Positions 17,031 through 24,897 of a stretch of DNA of 46,130 bases are shown piece after piece. Location: positions 1 through 46,130 of the forward strand of contig NZCH01000046.1 of NCBI GenBank assembly GCA_002688155.1. The letters are read 5' to 3'. Each line of letters starts with the position of its first letter. The stretch's first letter is position 1. The DNA is from Phycisphaerae bacterium. Lineage in GTDB: Bacteria > Planctomycetota > Phycisphaerae > Phycisphaerales > Phycisphaeraceae. The notes beneath the pieces are model-generated. The model saw only the letters and a program-made list of their open reading frames with translations. It was not told where the DNA came from and did no database searches. A program made the translations under genes and the position numbers.

Positions 17031-17383
17031 CAAACCTCGAATGTGTAAAGTCGCGGCCGGCGGTCGCACCGCAGGTACTCCTGACGCGCTCGTGAGACAT
17101 TTTGATATGAGCAGACTCAATCCGCGCACAATCAAAAAGTACATCGCAACCATCTACAGCGTCTGCACCGTCCTGTGCCGCACAGCCTGATGCACCTGCC
17201 TCAGCGACGCCAACATGGATGGCGGTGGCAGAAGTGTCATAGCCATGAGAACGAGACGCGTGGCAGGGCATCCAAGCCCACGGCTGCGAATCTGCCGCGG
17301 GGTATTCAGAAGGACCGGATGAATCCGGTTACTGCGAACACCCCGCCACAACTCGCTGCGCTCGCAGTGAGGGCTTGGGTAAA

Positions 17384-17692
17384 TTACACATTGTCCGACG
17401 ATTCGTCCGCGGACTCGTTCGTGGTTGCCTTCGGCGGCGCGGGCAACAGTTCGATGCGGGTATACGCGTCGAGGTTGCAGACGACGATCTCGCCGTCTTC
17501 CTTCTGAAGTACCATGCGATCGAGCCAGAGCTTGTCGTCTTTCGCGTGCGCGAACCACGCGCCTGTCTTGCGCTGCTCGACCTTGACGACGGTGCCCTCG
17601 ACGCGTGAAGTCCACACTTCATCGCGTTGCGGTATCTGCTGGATCACGCGTACGCGCTGACCGGGCTCAAATGTCTGGGTCGACGGCGGCAT
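17384..17692 (-). CDS. hypothetical protein (102 aa)
   Basis: ATG 17692 lies 2 nt after the STAS gene stop (TAAtcATG). The upstream part of the track ORF overlaps the STAS gene and was discarded. Confidence 0.55.
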   Translation of the reverse strand: MPPSTQTFEPGQRVRVIQQIPQRDEVWTSRVEGTVVKVEQRKTGAWFAHAKDDKLWLDRMVLQKEDGEIVVCNLDAYTRIELLPAPPKATTNESADESSDNV

Positions 17693-17694
17693 GA

Positions 17695-18051
17695 TTAGAA
17701 CTTGCGCATTGCTTTCTCGGTCGTATCGAAAATCTTGAGAATCTTGTCCAGGCCCGTGATCTTGAACGCTTTCCTCAGTTCTTTGCGGATATTGCATAGC
17801 CGCACAGCACCGTCTTTCTCTGCGGTGTGCTTGTGAACTTCAATGATCATGCCCAGGACCGACGATGAGACCTGCTTGACGCCCAGGAAACTGATGATGA
17901 GTTTGGGTACATCCGCTTCATCAACCAGTCGCTGCATCTCCGCCTTGAGTTTCTCGACGTCCATCTGGCCCAGAACGTGGGTGTCCCTGAACTCTATAAC
18001 GTGCACGTCACCCTGCAGTTGGATCCTGAGTCCGGAGCTGGTTGACGACAT
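17695..18051 (-). CDS. STAS domain protein (anti-sigma-factor antagonist-like)
   Basis: At 118 aa, the pattern VIEFRD...LVDEADVPKLIISFLGVKQVSSSVLGMII...LRKAFKITGLDKI is typical of SpoIIAA/RsbV. GGGGAA lies 5 nt upstream of the ATG. Confidence 0.8.
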   Translation of the reverse strand: MSSTSSGLRIQLQGDVHVIEFRDTHVLGQMDVEKLKAEMQRLVDEADVPKLIISFLGVKQVSSSVLGMIIEVHKHTAEKDGAVRLCNIRKELRKAFKITGLDKILKIFDTTEKAMRKF

Positions 18052-18174
18052 TGTCGTTCCCCAAGCGGTGATTTGGTCGTTCCGCTGTATGGCTGGACCA
18101 AGCGGCCCGCGAGCAAGGATACCTTATTATCATGGGGCCGTCGCTTTTAGTTACCACAACACCGGACCAATCAC

Positions 18175-18612
18175 ATGTTTGCCGACGAACTCCAGTCTCG
18201 AATTAAGCAGGCAATGCGTGATAAGGACACGCTCACGCGTGACGTGCTGCGGGTGGCGCTGGGCGACATACAGACCGCCGAGTCGCGCGGGGGTGACGCG
18301 ATGTCCGACGAGAAGGCGCAAGGGTTCGTGCGCAAACTGGTCAAGTCCAACCAGGAGACGATTGACCTGGCGAAGGACCCGGCCGTCACCGACCAGCTCA
18401 CACGCGAGATCGAGGTACTCGAGTCGCTGTTGCCGCAGACGATGTCACCCGATCAGATCGAGGCAGCGCTGGCGCCCGTACACAACGCGATCGCGGCGGC
18501 GGACAACGACGGCCAAGCGATGGGCGTCGCGATGAAATCGCTCAAGTCAACCGGTGCTGTCGTTGAGGGACGGGACGTCAACGCCGTCGTGCATCGCATG
18601 CGAAATGCATAG
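18175..18612 (+). CDS. GatB/YqeY domain-containing protein
   Basis: The sequence LQSRIKQAMRDKDTLTRDVLRVALGDIQ ... EIEVLESLLPQ is the YqeY pattern. Confidence 0.8.
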   Translation: MFADELQSRIKQAMRDKDTLTRDVLRVALGDIQTAESRGGDAMSDEKAQGFVRKLVKSNQETIDLAKDPAVTDQLTREIEVLESLLPQTMSPDQIEAALAPVHNAIAAADNDGQAMGVAMKSLKSTGAVVEGRDVNAVVHRMRNA

Positions 18613-18633
18613 CGGGCTGCGGGACTCTCGGCG

Positions 18634-19503
18634 TTACGCGGCGTCATGGGGCGCGTCATCAGACGGTTCAATACGCAACTGCAAGACCTTCGCCGCCCGG
18701 TAGTTGGGGCTTAGGTTAAGCGCCTGTGCGACGTTGGCGGTCGCTGCGTCACAGTTGCCCAGCACATGCTCACACATCGCCAGGTGGTAATGCGTGTCCG
18801 GCCGGTCGGGAAACACTCGGGCATGTTCCTCCAGCGTGTCGGCTGCGCGCTCTGCAATCCATTGCAACGATGACGGGTTTTGCGTCCGTTGCCCACGGCC
18901 TACGCGCGATGCGCTGATGACGCGCCCGGATGACAGATGCTGCTCGGCACGCGCCATCGCCTGTCGTGCGTCATCACCCACGGCGAGGTCCGAAAGCTGT
19001 CGCTGCGCATACTTGATCACGCGCAATCGGTTCGCTTCATTCGCGCACACGGCGAGCGCCGCCCATGCTTCGATAGCTGCCGCACGTTCAACGTTCGCCA
19101 ACCGCGCAATACGCCACCACAACCACGCCGCCGGTGCCACCCGACCCGCGTGCATCTGCACCGTTGCCAGACCCACAAGTGCCAACGTACCGCCGCGCGA
19201 CGCCGCGCAACGAAGATAGCGATCCGCTTGTTCATCCTCGCCAAACTGCTCGGCCAGTTGGCCAGCTTCTTCGAGCAGGTCCGGAGCATCCGGGTATCGC
19301 TGCATGAGCGACTCGAGCATGTCCATCGCCTCGCGGTACCGGCCCTTCGCGTGAAAAAGTCTGGCAAGCGTCAATTGCACTGCCGGGTCCGTGTGATCAC
19401 TCACATGCGCCGCCTCGAATGCCTGCGACACCAGCCCGGCGTCCGGTACGACCTGCGCCCAATCGTTGTCGGCCTGTGACTGTGTTCTGTGGTCCAAATT
19501 CAT
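18634..19503 (-). CDS. TPR-like repeat protein
   Basis: The protein is Ala/Leu-rich and helical-repeat (LARLFHAKGRYREAMDMLESL, ALNLSPNYRAA). The start at ATG 19503 overlaps the upstream stop as ATGA. Confidence 0.6.
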   Translation of the reverse strand: MNLDHRTQSQADNDWAQVVPDAGLVSQAFEAAHVSDHTDPAVQLTLARLFHAKGRYREAMDMLESLMQRYPDAPDLLEEAGQLAEQFGEDEQADRYLRCAASRGGTLALVGLATVQMHAGRVAPAAWLWWRIARLANVERAAAIEAWAALAVCANEANRLRVIKYAQRQLSDLAVGDDARQAMARAEQHLSSGRVISASRVGRGQRTQNPSSLQWIAERAADTLEEHARVFPDRPDTHYHLAMCEHVLGNCDAATANVAQALNLSPNYRAAKVLQLRIEPSDDAPHDAA

Positions 19504-20393
19504 GCCGCCATCTCCTGACCCAGCGCCGCCGCGATCGGGTGGTCCGGTTCCTGCTGCAGCCAACGGCCCAGTAGCATGCGCGCGCTGTTGGTACGCCCAT
19601 CGTCATGTTCGCGTCGAATGACCGCCGCTCGCAGGTCCGGATAGTGCGGGTGCGCCTCGGCCACACGTGCCAGCACAGTCGCCGCCGCCGGTCCGACTGC
19701 AGCATCGTCCTCGATTCTCGCAACGATGATCGCCAGCGGCGCCGCGTATGGGTTCGCCTTGAGTCCGCGATGTGCCCACCGCCGCGCATCGTCCACGTCA
19801 CCCGCCAGAAACGCGAGCTCCGCCAACGCTTGACAAAGCACCGCCGTGTGCGACGCGTCGTCGAGCATATCACGCATGATGACTGTGATCGCCCGCCGAA
19901 GCAGTGCGATTGTTTGCGCATCAGGTGATACCTGCTGCGCCAGCACGAGCGAGGTGATAACATTCCAATGTTGCGACAGTTCGTCCACGAGCTGCTCGAC
20001 CGCGACGTCCGGCACCGCCTCCGCCGCGCCGGGCGACATCACCAGCAACTCAAGCCAGCGCGCCACCGCTGGATCATTGCCGTGACGGTGATGCAATCGT
20101 TTCGCCGCCACACGTGCCCCAGTGGCATGACCCGTCTCCAGAAGCAGTACGATGCGCAACTGATCGACCCAGGCACACGCGTCCGCCTGTCCGACGTTGT
20201 CAAGTATGCCAAGCGCGTCGCCGAATTGCCCGCGCTGCGCAAACAGCGCCGCCAGCAGCACGACTGCCTTCGGCGGGCAATCGTCGCCGCGCCGCCACGC
20301 GTGTAATTCCAACTCCGCCTGGGCACGTCGACCAGACAAACACCATCGCGTCAACCGTGCCAGCCGCTGTTCAGGCAATTCTTGCAACGCCAT
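19500..20393 (-). CDS. TPR-like repeat protein
   Basis: The composition is helical-repeat. GGGGAGAGAGG lies 6 nt upstream of ATG 20393. Confidence 0.6.
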   Translation of the reverse strand: MALQELPEQRLARLTRWCLSGRRAQAELELHAWRRGDDCPPKAVVLLAALFAQRGQFGDALGILDNVGQADACAWVDQLRIVLLLETGHATGARVAAKRLHHRHGNDPAVARWLELLVMSPGAAEAVPDVAVEQLVDELSQHWNVITSLVLAQQVSPDAQTIALLRRAITVIMRDMLDDASHTAVLCQALAELAFLAGDVDDARRWAHRGLKANPYAAPLAIIVARIEDDAAVGPAAATVLARVAEAHPHYPDLRAAVIRREHDDGRTNSARMLLGRWLQQEPDHPIAAALGQEMAA

Positions 20394-20642
20394 GACCGGC
20401 CTCTCTCCCCTGTCCGCTCCGGGCGATCAGTGCGTGTCACACAAGTGCGTCTCTAACTTGCGTATCGGTCGTAGCGGTGCGGCGGTTTACATGGCGCAGG
20501 TGAAGGGCAGATACCCAAAGACCTGAACACCCAATGACCGAGAATTAGCGCAGCGCGGCGGCACCGAAGACGTACCCGATGACGCGTCAGTTATCCGACC
20601 CCTGGCAGACTCAGGGGCCGGCGATTCCCCCGACTTTCTGAC

Positions 20643-21761
20643 TTATCCCCTTACCACCAGATTGTCGCGATGCACCACCTCCGCATACGCAGGCCTGCCC
20701 AGTGTTTTGGCGATCTGGTTGGAGCGCTGGCCCTGAATCTGTTTGAGTTCATCGGCGGCGTAATTGGTCAGGCCGCGAGCGATCGTTTCGCCGGCGGGGT
20801 CTTTGACAAGCACGACCTGGCCTCGATCGAATCGGCCGGTTACGTGCGTAACGCCGATCGCGAGCAAACTCTTGCCGTGCCGGCGGACGGCGCCCGCGGC
20901 GCCTGCGTCCACGGTGATCGTTCCCGCCGGACGCGTCGTCAGGCCGATCCAGCGCTTGCGGCTGTCGAGCTTGCGCGACGCCGGGACGAATACCGTGCCC
21001 AGCATCGCCGCGTCGAACAGCCGCGGCAATACGTCGCGGTCCCGACCGTTCGCGATCACCGCAATCTCGCCCGCGTCCGTCACCAGCTTCGCGGCCTCGA
21101 GTTTTGTGCGCATTCCGCCCGAACCCAGCGCAGTGATCACGGGCCGCGCGTGCGACATGGCAGCCGACACGTCATCAACCAAATCGATGCGGCTGCCCAC
21201 GTCGTCGAGCAGACCGTCCACTGTCGTGAGCATCACCAGTGCGTCGGCGGGCAGCGCGTTGCACATGAGTGCCGCCAGCAGATCGTTGTCGCCGAACGTG
21301 ATTTCGTCGACGGCCACCGTGTCGTTTTCGTTGATGATCGGCACGCAGCCCAGTGATTGCAGATGTGTCACGCAGTTGCGGATATTCAGAAACCGCGCGC
21401 GTACGTCAAAGTCCTGTCGCGTCAGCAGCAGTTGCGCGCATTTAAGCCCATGTTTCGCCAGCCCGTCGTGCATGTGCACCATCAGTCGCGGCTGCCCGAC
21501 AGCGGCGACGGCCTGCAGCGACGCGACGTCCGTCGGTCGCTTCGATAAATCAAGGTCCGCGCACCCGGCCCCGACCGCGCCGCTTGAAACCAGCGTCACC
21601 TGCATCCCGCGCTCATGCAATGCCGCGATCTGCCGACTCAAACGACCCAGGTAACGCACATCCAACTTGCCCGACGCATTCGTAAGCACATGCGTGCCGA
21701 CCTTCACCACGACGCTGCGCGATTTGGCGAGAACGGATTGTCGAAGGTGCGTTGAGGACAT
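20643..21761 (-). CDS. proB: glutamate 5-kinase
   Basis: The kinase core reads VVVKVGTHVLT...VTLVSSGAVGAG, and there is a C-terminal PUA-like domain. The 372-aa length fits. Confidence 0.9.
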   Translation of the reverse strand: MSSTHLRQSVLAKSRSVVVKVGTHVLTNASGKLDVRYLGRLSRQIAALHERGMQVTLVSSGAVGAGCADLDLSKRPTDVASLQAVAAVGQPRLMVHMHDGLAKHGLKCAQLLLTRQDFDVRARFLNIRNCVTHLQSLGCVPIINENDTVAVDEITFGDNDLLAALMCNALPADALVMLTTVDGLLDDVGSRIDLVDDVSAAMSHARPVITALGSGGMRTKLEAAKLVTDAGEIAVIANGRDRDVLPRLFDAAMLGTVFVPASRKLDSRKRWIGLTTRPAGTITVDAGAAGAVRRHGKSLLAIGVTHVTGRFDRGQVVLVKDPAGETIARGLTNYAADELKQIQGQRSNQIAKTLGRPAYAEVVHRDNLVVRG

Positions 21762-21767
21762 CTCTTA

Positions 21768-21773
21768 ATAGTA
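21768..21773 (-). promoter_or_regulatory. -10-like hexamer TACTAT 6 nt before the proB ATG (leaderless candidate)
   Basis: The minus strand reads TACTAT-taagag-ATG, directly after the waaA stop. Confidence 0.4.
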
Positions 21774-21800
21774 ACGCCCGGGGACAGCGGTCCGTGGGCT

Positions 21801-23075
21801 TTAGTGCCGATCGGTTGTCGGCAACAAACCAAGGATCAGTTTCGCATATCGGTCGGTCGCGCCCTGCCGGTTGCGAATCACCTCCCGACCGCAGGAGGCA
21901 AGTTGCTGCGCTCGGACCGGGTCATTCAGCAGAGCATCCGCCCGCCGCGCGGCGTCGGCAGGGTCGACAGCGCGTTCGATGCCGTCGCCTTGCACCAGCG
22001 CATCAACCACATGCGCAAAGTTCTGGTAGTCCGGACCGATGATCGTCGGTTTGCCCAGTGCGATCGGTTCGATCGGATCGGAAGCACCCCATCCGTTGAA
22101 GCTGCGGCCGACAATCACCACGTCCGCGAGGGCATACGCTTTGCGCAGTTCGCCCATGGTGTCCAGAAGGAAGTTGTTCGAGTTGTCGCGCGGCGTGCCC
22201 GTGACGGAACGCCGTACGACCTGCGGAAACTGGGCGGCGACGGCGTCGAATCGTTCCGGTTTGCGCGGGACGATGACAATTTGCACCTGCTTGCTGCACG
22301 TGGCGCGCAGCGCGTTGACGAGCGGGCGCTCTTCGCGGGCGCCTGTGGCCCCAAGGACGACGACCGGGCGGGCTTGGTCGATGCCCAATTCACGTGCCAG
22401 CGCGTCAGCACCGGCAATGTCGTTTGCGAGGTCGGCCGTATCCCATTTGATCGTGTCCATGACGTGGACGTGTGCTTCAGGCGCGCCCAGTTCGCAGAAT
22501 CGTGCGGCGAACTCGTCTGACTGAACCCCGGCCGCCGCCAGTCGGCCGAACACAGGACGAATCACCGGCGCGATGCGTTTGTACCCGCGAAAGCTGTGCG
22601 CGCTAAGCCGGCCGTTCACCACGCACACCCCGATCCCGCGCCGAACGCACGCGTGCACGAAATTCGGCCAAACCTCCAACTCCATCAGCGCGACCGCGTC
22701 CGGCTTTATGCGATCGAGAAACCGGTGGACCATCCACGAAAAGTCGAACGGGAACCGCACCGTCGGCACGCGGTCGCCGTACATCGCCTCTGCGCGGGCC
22801 ATGCCCGTGTTCGTCAGCGAGGCGATGATCAGGTTCGCGTCCGGTTGTAGTTGTTCAAGCCGGTCGACGAGCGTGCGCGTGGCGCTGATTTCACCGACGC
22901 TGACGCCGTAAATAAGGATCGTCGGCCCGCTGTCTCGTCGCGCGATCGCCTCGCCCCGTCCGAACCGCGCCGGCCAGTCCGTACGCCACTTGCCTGTACG
23001 CAGCAGTTTAAATCCCCAAACCGGCGCCGAAGCAATACTCGCCGCCGCATATGCCATGTCGTAACCCAGACCCAT
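21801..23075 (-). CDS. waaA: 3-deoxy-D-manno-octulosonic acid (Kdo) transferase
   Basis: ILIYGVSVGEISATRTLV resembles the WaaA motif HAVSVGE, and the length and C-terminal GT fold pattern fit. I placed the start at ATG 23075; the track start 23081 directly abuts the -10 hexamer. Confidence 0.85.
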   Translation of the reverse strand: MGLGYDMAYAAASIASAPVWGFKLLRTGKWRTDWPARFGRGEAIARRDSGPTILIYGVSVGEISATRTLVDRLEQLQPDANLIIASLTNTGMARAEAMYGDRVPTVRFPFDFSWMVHRFLDRIKPDAVALMELEVWPNFVHACVRRGIGVCVVNGRLSAHSFRGYKRIAPVIRPVFGRLAAAGVQSDEFAARFCELGAPEAHVHVMDTIKWDTADLANDIAGADALARELGIDQARPVVVLGATGAREERPLVNALRATCSKQVQIVIVPRKPERFDAVAAQFPQVVRRSVTGTPRDNSNNFLLDTMGELRKAYALADVVIVGRSFNGWGASDPIEPIALGKPTIIGPDYQNFAHVVDALVQGDGIERAVDPADAARRADALLNDPVRAQQLASCGREVIRNRQGATDRYAKLILGLLPTTDRH

Positions 23076-23081
23076 TTGCAT

Positions 23082-23087
23082 ATTGTA
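23082..23087 (-). promoter_or_regulatory. -10 hexamer TACAAT 6 nt before ATG 23075 (leaderless candidate)
   Basis: The minus strand reads TACAAT-atgcaa-ATG. Confidence 0.4.
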
Positions 23088-23095
23088 CGGTCGCG

Positions 23096-23146
23096 TCCGA
23101 CTCTTTCTGGACTTTCGGATTCCGACTTTTCGACTTTCGACTCACC
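23096..23146 (+). repeat. five direct (C/G)GACT(C/T) copies in the waaA-metG divergent spacer
   Basis: The copies are tCCGACTCt, tGGACTTt, tCCGACTTt, tCGACTTt and tCGACTCa, read directly from the sequence. The last 18 nt recur upstream of phoH, and 12 nt recur at 27400-27411. Confidence 0.5.
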
Positions 23147-23153
23147 AAGCGAT

Positions 23154-23159
23154 TACAAT
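23154..23159 (+). promoter_or_regulatory. -10 hexamer TACAAT 6 nt before the metG ATG (leaderless candidate)
   Basis: TACAAT-cccgcc-ATG, with no SD. Confidence 0.45.
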
Positions 23160-23165
23160 CCCGCC

Positions 23166-24785
23166 ATGACTGCTGAAACGTTTTACGTCACGACGCCTAT
23201 TTACTACGTCAACGACAAGCCGCACCTGGGGCATGTCTATACGACGATAGTGGCGGATGTCGTTGCGCGGCACCACCGGCTCAAGGGGGACGACACTTTT
23301 TTCTTAACGGGTGTGGACGAACACGCGGCCAAGGTTTCTGACCGTGCGGCCGAGCAGGGATTGTCCGCCCAGCAGTGGGCCGACCAGAACGCGGCCGCGT
23401 TTTCCGACGTGTTCGAACGCCTCGAAATGACGAACGATGACTTCGTGCGCACATCGTCGCATCGTCACAAGGACAACGTCACAGCGTACGTGCGGACGCT
23501 GCTCGACAGCGGCGACGTGTACGCCGGGCAGTACGAAGGCTGGTACGACGCCGGGCAGGAGGAATACGTTCCCGAGAACAAGGCGGCCGGCAATGGCTAC
23601 AAGTCCGAGGTCACCGGCAAGCCACTCGTGCGCAAGAAGGAAAAGAACTATTTCTTCAAACTCACAGCCTACCGCGACGAGTTGCTCACACTGCTTGAAC
23701 GCCACGAGGTGGTCAACGGCTGCAGGTTCGACGTGCAACCAACGGCCCGGCGCAACGAAATCATCAACCGCATCAAAGAGGCGGAGGACGTACCGATCAG
23801 CCGAACCGGCGCGGGCGGGTGGGGGATCCCCGTACCCGGCGATGCGGAACAGACCATCTACGTCTGGATCGATGCGCTGTTCAATTACCTGACGTACGTG
23901 GACACGGACGACCGCCGAAAGTACTGGCAGGCGGGCGCAGTTCACTTTATTGCCAAGGATATCTTGTGGTTTCATGCGGCGATTTGGCCGGCGCTGATCC
24001 TCGCGCTGCGCAAGTGTCCGGGCTTTGACGCCTGGCACGAAGGCGAACCCCTCGCGCTGCCCAAACTTGTTTACTCGCACAGCTACTGGGTCAGCGAAAC
24101 CGGCGAAAAAATGAGTAAATCGCTGGGCAACTTTCTCGATCCGCAGGCGATCGACAATTACGTCAACGTGTTCGGCCTGGACGCGCTGCGATACTTCCTC
24201 GCCACGCGAGGGCCACTGGGCGTCAGCGACAGCGCGTTTAGCGAGGACCTCTTTGTCGACGTGTACAACAGCGATCTGGCGAATACATTTGGGAACTCGT
24301 GCTCGAGAGTGACGAAAATGATTGGGAAGTATTTGGGGGGAAAGATTCCGGATTTAACCACAGAAGACACCGCGAAGTGGAGCGGATTTGTTGAGCAATT
24401 GCACTTGAGGTACGAGGCGAGCTTTGCAACGCTTGAATTGAGCGACGCGGCGGGTGAAGGTCGGACGCTGATTCGGCAAGTTGACAGCCACATCGACGAG
24501 ACCGCGCCGTTCAAGTTGGCAAAAGATGAGTCGAAACTGCCCGAAGTGGCGACGATACTTTTGACGTGCGCCGAAGCGCTGCGCATCGCATCGGTGTTGC
24601 TGTGGCCGTTCATTCCCGACGCTTGCGAAGTATTCTGGTCGCGGATTGGGTGCGGGCATTACACGCGGGCGCTGGCGGCCGGCGGGAGTGGCGACCTTGC
24701 CCAGTGGGTCAAGTGGGGGCAACTTCAACCCGGGACGGCGATCGAGATTGGCGAGGCGCTGTTTCCGCGATACCAGCCAAAATGA
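23166..24785 (+). CDS. metG: methionine--tRNA ligase
   Basis: FYVTTPIYYVNDKPHLGHVYT carries the HIGH motif and KMSKSLGN the KMSKS motif. The 105-codon upstream extension of the track ORF overlaps waaA and was discarded. Confidence 0.92.
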   Translation: MTAETFYVTTPIYYVNDKPHLGHVYTTIVADVVARHHRLKGDDTFFLTGVDEHAAKVSDRAAEQGLSAQQWADQNAAAFSDVFERLEMTNDDFVRTSSHRHKDNVTAYVRTLLDSGDVYAGQYEGWYDAGQEEYVPENKAAGNGYKSEVTGKPLVRKKEKNYFFKLTAYRDELLTLLERHEVVNGCRFDVQPTARRNEIINRIKEAEDVPISRTGAGGWGIPVPGDAEQTIYVWIDALFNYLTYVDTDDRRKYWQAGAVHFIAKDILWFHAAIWPALILALRKCPGFDAWHEGEPLALPKLVYSHSYWVSETGEKMSKSLGNFLDPQAIDNYVNVFGLDALRYFLATRGPLGVSDSAFSEDLFVDVYNSDLANTFGNSCSRVTKMIGKYLGGKIPDLTTEDTAKWSGFVEQLHLRYEASFATLELSDAAGEGRTLIRQVDSHIDETAPFKLAKDESKLPEVATILLTCAEALRIASVLLWPFIPDACEVFWSRIGCGHYTRALAAGGSGDLAQWVKWGQLQPGTAIEIGEALFPRYQPK

Positions 24786-24897
24786 CGGCCGCCTGCGATT
24801 CGTCGGCAATCGCGATGGCCAGCGCGTCGGCGGTGTCGACCCCCGCTTCTGCCAGTACCGGTGCGTCACAAAGATCACCGCACCGTCGGACAGGTGT

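Noticed and set aside
22851-23165. Upstream extensions of track ORFs: metG from 22851, the DapA-like gene from 27492, rpsP from 29719, lutC from 35201, PfpI from 8105 and the RNase HII-like gene from 9291.
   Set aside because: The extensions overlap neighbouring genes or are compositionally non-coding. The conserved family N-termini begin at the internal starts I used.
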